Position numbers and translations under genes: made by a program | In this document: positions 37,430-42,761 of the stretch, one piece after another | How positions within the stretch are numbered: position 1 is the first letter of the stretch | Layout: each line of letters opens with the position of its first letter | The notes under the pieces: model-generated | What the model was told of the DNA's origin: nothing | What the model saw: the letters and a program-made list of their open reading frames with translations, nothing else | Databases searched by the model: none | Assembly: GCA_964549615.1 (NCBI GenBank) | Contig: CAZJVP010000054.1 | Coordinates: 1-42,761, forward strand | Direction of reading: 5' to 3' | Source: an uncultured Thermococci archaeon | GTDB taxonomy: Archaea; CAYQAE01; CAYVLA01 | Length of the DNA stretch: 42,761 bases

Positions 37430-37569
37430 TTATTCTCCAGCCGCCCCGCACAGGGCGAAACGCCTTGGACGTGGTTTCATCCCGTCACCAAGCCTATCAG
37501 AAGGCGCAGCACGTCGATACGGGGTTAGCTGCGCGAACGGGACCTGAACGCCCAAGGAAGACGGTCCTA

Positions 37570-38565
37570 CTAGATCAGCCTCGCTATGGCCTTGGCCATC
37601 TCCATCGTGCCCGACGCGCCGCCGAGGTCGTATGTGACCTCCCTGCCCTCCTTGATCACGCGCGCAACGGCCGACACCACCTTCTGGGCCGCATCCTTTT
37701 CTCCGATGTGATCCAGCATCATGGCTGCCGAAAGGATCATCGCAGTGGGATTGGCCTTGTTCTGACCCGCATACTTCGGTGCTGAGCCGTGCACCGGTTC
37801 GAAGACCGCGCACTCCTCCCCTATGTTGCCAGACGGCGCCAAGCCGAGGCCGCCGACCAGGCCGGCGCAGAGGTCCGACAGTATGTCCCCGAAGAGGTTG
37901 GTGGTGACGATCACGTCGTAGAGGTTGGGTTTCACGACAAGCTGCATCGCCATGTTGTCCACGATTCTCTCCTCGTACTCGATGGCAGTGAAATCCTGGG
38001 CAACCCTCCTGACGCACTCAAGGAAGAGTCCGTCTGAAAGCTTCAGTATGTTGGCCTTGTGAACCGCCGTGACCTTTCTACGCCGGTTCGAGATCGCGTA
38101 GCTGAAGGCGAACCTGGCTATCCTTTCCGAGGCGCGGCGTGTGATTATCCTCACGCTCTCGGCACGATCCTCCCCTGCCATCCTCTCGAGGCCCGAGTAA
38201 AGGTCCTCGGTGTTCTCCCTGATCACGACAAGGTCCACGTCCTCGTACCTTGCGCCCGTTCCGGCAAAGGACTTGGCAGGACGCACGTTGGCGTACAGGT
38301 CCAGCCTCTGCCGCAGCTCGACGTTGACCGAGCGGAACCCGGACGCCACGGGCGTGGTGATGGGCCCCTTGAGCGCGACCCTGTTCCTCCTTATCGACTC
38401 GATCACGCGATCGGGGAGCGGGGTGCCTTCGCGCTGCATCGTCTCCATGCCGGCCTCCACCCTGTCGTACTCGAGGCGAACGCCGGTCTCATCCAGCACC
38501 AGAAGGCATGCATCCACGACCTCGGGCCCTATGCCGTCGCCTGGAATCAGGGTCACGCGGGTCAT
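37570..38565 (-). CDS. Isocitrate/homoisocitrate/isopropylmalate dehydrogenase family
   Basis: [49 protein letters not shown] and EPVHGSAP. Confidence 0.93.
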   Translation of the reverse strand: MTRVTLIPGDGIGPEVVDACLLVLDETGVRLEYDRVEAGMETMQREGTPLPDRVIESIRRNRVALKGPITTPVASGFRSVNVELRQRLDLYANVRPAKSFAGTGARYEDVDLVVIRENTEDLYSGLERMAGEDRAESVRIITRRASERIARFAFSYAISNRRRKVTAVHKANILKLSDGLFLECVRRVAQDFTAIEYEERIVDNMAMQLVVKPNLYDVIVTTNLFGDILSDLCAGLVGGLGLAPSGNIGEECAVFEPVHGSAPKYAGQNKANPTAMILSAAMMLDHIGEKDAAQKVVSAVARVIKEGREVTYDLGGASGTMEMAKAIARLI

Positions 38566-39065
38566 CTGCCCCCCTCCATGGGAAGGTCGCCGTGCTTTCT
38601 GACGTAGTTGGCCAAGCCACCCTCCTCCAGTATCCTAGCCATTATGGGGGGCAACGGCTTGAATTCGATGATAGCGCCCGTCGTCAGGTTCCTGACCCTG
38701 CCCCTCTCCAGTTCCAGTTCGATGGTGTCTCCATCTTGGATCAAGCTGGTGTCGCACGTGACGGCGGGAAGTCCGACGTTGATAGCGTTGCGGTAAAATA
38801 TCCTGGCAAACGACTTGGCAAGGACGCAGGAGATGCCCGCCTCCTTCAGCACGAGCGGAGCTTGCTCGCGCGAGGATCCGTGCCCGAAATTCTCTCCCGC
38901 GACCACCACATCGCCGGGCTTCACCCGCTCCGCGAAGCCGGGAGCCAGGTCCTCGAAGATGTGCTTCGAGAGCTCCTTCATGTCGAGGGTCTTGAACTTG
39001 TATTTTCCCGAGATGATGTAGTCGGTGTTGATCTCGTCACCGAGCTTGTGTGCCCTTCCCCTCAT
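38562..39065 (-). CDS. leuD: 3-isopropylmalate dehydratase/homoaconitase small subunit
   Basis: [24 protein letters not shown] and [14 protein letters not shown]. Confidence 0.9.
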   Translation of the reverse strand: MRGRAHKLGDEINTDYIISGKYKFKTLDMKELSKHIFEDLAPGFAERVKPGDVVVAGENFGHGSSREQAPLVLKEAGISCVLAKSFARIFYRNAINVGLPAVTCDTSLIQDGDTIELELERGRVRNLTTGAIIEFKPLPPIMARILEEGGLANYVRKHGDLPMEGGR

Positions 39066-40306
39066 ATGTACTCCCTCGGATCCGTTATTCTGCCTTCGAG
39101 TGCCGACGCGGCCACGGTCGCGGGGGAAGCGAGGTATATCGAGGCGAGCCCGTTTCCCATCCTCCCCTTGAAGTTGCGGTTCGCGGTCGAGATGACCACG
39201 TCTCCGTCGCCGGGGATGCCGTCATGGGTGCCCACGCACGGGCCGCAGCCCGGAGTCACTGGCACCGCCCCCGCATCGAGCAGGACCTGGAAGATCCCCC
39301 TGTCGATTGCCTGCCTCAGTACCTGGCGGGAGGCGGGCGCGACTATCAGACGGACCCCCTTGTGTACCCTCCCTCCTCGAAGGATCCTGGCGGCGATCTC
39401 CAGATCTTCCAACCTGCCGTTGGTGCACGTCCCGATGAAGGCTTGGTTGATGGGGGTCCCTGCGACCTCGCCGACGGACACCACATCGTCTACCCGGTGT
39501 GGCCTAGACACCCTCGGCTCAAGCGAACTCACCTCGACCGTCTCGGTCCATTCGTAGTGGGCATCCGGATCGGGCGCAACCGGCGAAAACTCCCCACCGC
39601 CGAGGTAGTGGGCCGTCTTGGCATCGAACCTCATCAGGGCCGTCTTGGCGCCCACCTCGACCCCCATGTTGCAGATCGTCATCCTGGCGTCAACGCTGAT
39701 GCCCTCTATGGCATCCCCCTCGAACTCAACGGACATGTAGTTCGCCCCCGATGCGCCGAGCCTCCCGACGACCTCTAAGGCTAGATCCTTGGCGTACACG
39801 CCCTCGGGAAAGGAGCCGTTGGCCTCCACCCTGCCCGACCTAGGAACCCTGAACCATAGCCGCCCCGTGCGCATGACTGCCGCGGCATCCGTACTGCCCA
39901 CCCCGGTTGCGAGCGCGTTTAGCGCCCCGTAGGTGCATGTGTGCGAGTCGGCACCCACCACCAGGTCGCCCGGACGCACATGGCCCTGCTCGGGCATGAG
40001 CTGGTGGCACACGCCGCACCCAACGTCGTACAGATGCACGCCCTGTTCGGCGGCAAACTCCCTTATCGAGGCGTGCAGCCTTGACACCCCCTCGCTCGGG
40101 CTCGGGGCATTGTGGTCCAGAACCAGCGCCACCTTGCTCGGATCCCAGACCCTCTGCCCGCCCATCTCCCTGAACGCCCGGATCGAGAGGGGTGCCGTCC
40201 CGTCCTGGGCCATCAGAAGGTCAACGTCCGCAATGACGATGTCCCCGGCTGTCGCGTCGCGATGGCCCTTCTTGGAAAATATCTTTTCGGCGATGGTCTT
40301 ACCCAA
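39062..40306 (-). CDS. leuC: 3-isopropylmalate dehydratase/homoaconitase large subunit
   Basis: GKTIAEKI, QDGTAP, GADSHTCTYGA, IGTCTNGR, CGPCVG and STANRNFKGRMG. Start placed at TTG 40306. Confidence 0.92.
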   Translation of the reverse strand: MGKTIAEKIFSKKGHRDATAGDIVIADVDLLMAQDGTAPLSIRAFREMGGQRVWDPSKVALVLDHNAPSPSEGVSRLHASIREFAAEQGVHLYDVGCGVCHQLMPEQGHVRPGDLVVGADSHTCTYGALNALATGVGSTDAAAVMRTGRLWFRVPRSGRVEANGSFPEGVYAKDLALEVVGRLGASGANYMSVEFEGDAIEGISVDARMTICNMGVEVGAKTALMRFDAKTAHYLGGGEFSPVAPDPDAHYEWTETVEVSSLEPRVSRPHRVDDVVSVGEVAGTPINQAFIGTCTNGRLEDLEIAARILRGGRVHKGVRLIVAPASRQVLRQAIDRGIFQVLLDAGAVPVTPGCGPCVGTHDGIPGDGDVVISTANRNFKGRMGNGLASIYLASPATVAASALEGRITDPREYI

Positions 40307-40388
40307 TTCGATCGCCCCCGGGCCTGAGTCCAAACAGGTAAATCTTTCCCGGGCGGGCGCCGGCCGCCCGTCCCCGGCCACCGTCGCC

Positions 40389-41219
40389 TCAAGGAGCGAT
40401 CATGTTCAGCCGGTACGCGACGAGCTCGCCGTCGGCGTAGACCCTGACTACCTGCATCATCCCCGTATGGGCGGGCACGGAAAGGCTGTTGATCGCGAAC
40501 ATGACGTACATCCTGTCGTCCTTCTTTACGTGCTGAAACCTCACGATTCCCAGCCGCGGGGCCTGGGCCACGGTCGGTATGTCTGGGGAGGCGACGGCCT
40601 CCTTGGAAGATCTGTAGGTGGTCTCGTTGTCGTTGTAGCTGATGACCAAGCTCTCGATCGACTGGTTTCGATTCACGAAGAAGTCCGAGGCTCCCTGATA
40701 GTACGTGAGGTTGCCCTGCTTGTCCCTCCAAAGGAGGTAGGCGGTCGGAGCGAAAGAGAGATCGCTCACCGGCTGCCCAGCAGCAATCACCTCCCCGAAG
40801 TCCAGCAATAGGGCCTCGTACGTGGTGCCGTTTATCTCGACCTCCACCATCCGTTCCTCGTAGCCCACCGGCGACGTCTTGCCGGCCGCGAGGCACGTCT
40901 TTATGGGCGTGATCTCGGCAGCGATCTCCTTCAGGGTCACGCCGGGCTTGTTCGTGATGTTGCGGTCGGCCAGAACGGGCTTCGCTTTGCTGAGGCAGGA
41001 GAACTTGAGCTTGACCTCCTCGTAGGGCTTCCTAGCGATTATGTTGATGACGAATGTGTGCCGTTCCTGCTGCGAGGTCTTGATGGCCAACGGGTACTTG
41101 TTCTTCAGGATCTCGATGCCGACTTTGACCTTCTCGACGGTGACGAAGCCCATGATCATCGTCGAGATCACGACTGCTACTAGCAGGACGCCCACGAACC
41201 CTCTATCTATCCTAACCAT
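40389..41219 (-). CDS. N-terminally anchored hypothetical protein (family A)
   Basis: RIDRGFVGV TM; IEILKNKYP, IIARKP, QGASDFF, APRLGIVRF..VKKDD and QVVRVYADGEL. Confidence 0.85.
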   Translation of the reverse strand: MVRIDRGFVGVLLVAVVISTMIMGFVTVEKVKVGIEILKNKYPLAIKTSQQERHTFVINIIARKPYEEVKLKFSCLSKAKPVLADRNITNKPGVTLKEIAAEITPIKTCLAAGKTSPVGYEERMVEVEINGTTYEALLLDFGEVIAAGQPVSDLSFAPTAYLLWRDKQGNLTYYQGASDFFVNRNQSIESLVISYNDNETTYRSSKEAVASPDIPTVAQAPRLGIVRFQHVKKDDRMYVMFAINSLSVPAHTGMMQVVRVYADGELVAYRLNMIAP

Positions 41220-41231
41220 CTTAACAACCCT

Positions 41232-42443
41232 CTAGTAGTGAGCCCTCGTTACGGACACCTCTCTGTATAGGCGCCTCCTGACCATGAGGGTCCACACCAA
41301 AGATCCGGCGAGGATGCTTGTCCCCGTGACGGCGAGATATTCCGTGATGTAGACCCAAAGCAGCGCCCTTTCTCGAATCTTGACAGCCTCCTCGGATATC
41401 CTCCTGAAGCCATCAAGCACACCTTCCATGGCATCCGACGCCCTCTCGTATTCGTCCCGCAAATATAGATATTCCGCCTCCTTCTTCTCCTTCTCAAGGC
41501 CAAGGAGCATGGTCTCCACGGGCCGCGTGTTCGCCCCGAACTTGTCGACGAACTCCAGAAGCGAATCGGCCATCGCCCTCTCGTCGTAGTACCTCACGAA
41601 GGATTCCCTCAAACGGTGGATCATCTGTAGGTCCTCCGGAATTCTGACCTGGGCTACGAAATAGGCGTGGTTCAGCACGAAGTCGACGAAGTAGAACCAG
41701 TTGACCCTGGTTGCCGAGGGCACGTTGTCCCATCCCATGGGGATCATGAGGGTCGCACCGAGCCCATAGGTCCCGGAGACTATGGCATCCTCCTTACCCG
41801 TCCTCCAGACCGTGTGCACCACGGAGCCCGGCCTGGCAATCTGGATGCCGTGATGGGCGACGGTCGTCATAGACGTCTTCTCGAAATCCGGAAGGTCCAC
41901 GAGAGGCGTCCTCTGCTTGATGTCCATGTAAACCGAGTCCACGTTTTGTTTCCCTATTACCAGGTCACAGGGGTAGGCCTCGTAGATGACGCTGGCCATC
42001 CAGGCCGCGGCGTCGTTGCCCGTCCAGTCCGTCACGCCATACCAACCCATCTCCACCAGCGCCAGACCCACTCCGTTTTGCATGACCGCGTCCCGCATCC
42101 AATGAATGTGCTGGGTCTCGAGGACGTAGGGCACGAAGTCGAACAGCTCGATTACATCGTACTGCTCGGTGAGCTGATCCTTCGTCCTTGGCATGTATAT
42201 TCTAACGAACTTCTTGCTGGTCTTGACATCCGCGACATCCCCCGCCGGAATCAGCGTGAGATCGATCTTGGGGTCAGCGATCATTATGGCGGTCGCCGTC
42301 TGGTGTTCGGCCTTCGTCTCCCCGATCATCATGCACCGGACCCTGTTCGTGGCAGGGTCAGTCCGCCCATGGACTTCTCCGGCCGCCGCCGAGAGTATGG
42401 TGAGGCAGAAGAGCGTAATGAGAATATCCCCCGATGTCTTCAT
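41232..42443 (-). CDS. Secreted type-I membrane protein with a GATase-like domain, helical stalk and C-terminal membrane segment (family B-like architecture)
   Basis: Signal peptide, WMRDAVMQNGVGLAL, an E/K-rich helical stalk and tail ALLWVYITEYLAVTGTSILAGSLVWTLMVRRR. Confidence 0.75.
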   Translation of the reverse strand: MKTSGDILITLFCLTILSAAAGEVHGRTDPATNRVRCMMIGETKAEHQTATAIMIADPKIDLTLIPAGDVADVKTSKKFVRIYMPRTKDQLTEQYDVIELFDFVPYVLETQHIHWMRDAVMQNGVGLALVEMGWYGVTDWTGNDAAAWMASVIYEAYPCDLVIGKQNVDSVYMDIKQRTPLVDLPDFEKTSMTTVAHHGIQIARPGSVVHTVWRTGKEDAIVSGTYGLGATLMIPMGWDNVPSATRVNWFYFVDFVLNHAYFVAQVRIPEDLQMIHRLRESFVRYYDERAMADSLLEFVDKFGANTRPVETMLLGLEKEKKEAEYLYLRDEYERASDAMEGVLDGFRRISEEAVKIRERALLWVYITEYLAVTGTSILAGSLVWTLMVRRRLYREVSVTRAHY

Positions 42444-42573
42444 CCAAGACCGGCCAATCGCCGCTGCCTCTTAAATTTAGCGCAATGCGCGCCCAGCCCA
42501 ATCGTCAAGGAACCAAGTCATAAGACCGTGCAACGGGAGATACCCACCGTCCCACTAAAGGTCTGAACCCGGA

Positions 42574-42759
42574 TCAAAGGCTGTGCTTTTTCCTGTTCAC
42601 CAGATACAGCGACGCGGCACCGACAGCGGCGACGATCGCCAACAGGACCACGAAGTGCGTCCAGACCTCTGCCCATCCGGCCCCCATCATGCTGATCTGC
42701 ATTATCGGGTAGATTATGTAGTACGTCGGGAAGAACTTGGCTACCCACTGGGGAATGCC
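42574..42759 (-). CDS. 3' end of a probable ABC-2 type permease (5' part outside window)
   Basis: Not in the ORF track. Translates GIPQWVAKFFPTYYIIYPIMQISMMGAGWAEVWTHFVVLLAIVAAVGAASLYLVNRKKHSL*, with the P.W....P.YY pattern plus a final TM. Confidence 0.65.
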   Translation of the reverse strand, partial: GIPQWVAKFFPTYYIIYPIMQISMMGAGWAEVWTHFVVLLAIVAAVGAASLYLVNRKKHSL

Positions 42760-42761
42760 TG

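Noticed and set aside
37470-37505. Hammerhead ribozyme on the minus strand (CTGATAG...GAAAC)
   Set aside because: The core deviates from CUGANGA and no proper stem II forms between the motifs.

Overview
GC-rich archaeal genomic DNA. The domain call rests on radA, cdc6/orc1, long-form hisG, an archaeal-type prs and BRE/TATA promoters; a finer lineage cannot be fixed from sequence alone. From left to right: (1) the 3' part of an IS66-family transposase with several in-frame 9-bp microsatellite expansions. (2) A metalloid-resistance-like island in which a DGC-domain gene, a soluble stand-alone MtrA-like corrinoid protein and an ArsD/thioredoxin-like Cys-Cys protein form an operon. A scar of pseudogenes (a degraded amidohydrolase pair, a trpB2 fragment, a second DGC 3' end) separates it from acr3 and arsR. 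(3) An anSME-type radical SAM/SPASM gene, pfpI, a TSP3-repeat lipoprotein and rlmH. (4) A carbohydrate-utilisation region: a 1226-aa secreted protein with a PEP-CTERM-like tail, a GH9, Gfo/Idh/MocA oxidoreductases (four in the window), a xylose-isomerase-like TIM barrel, a GlmU-like enzyme, an amidohydrolase pair and a DegT aminotransferase. (5) Three copies of an uncharacterised two-gene membrane-anchored module. (6) Housekeeping genes: prs, hisG, mtnA, cdc6, radA and a leuC/D/B-like operon. The best candidates for undescribed systems are the MtrA-DGC-ArsD-like/acr3/arsR cluster and the repeated two-gene surface module. No tRNA, rRNA or CRISPR array was seen. All calls come from motif recognition by eye; no database searches were run.
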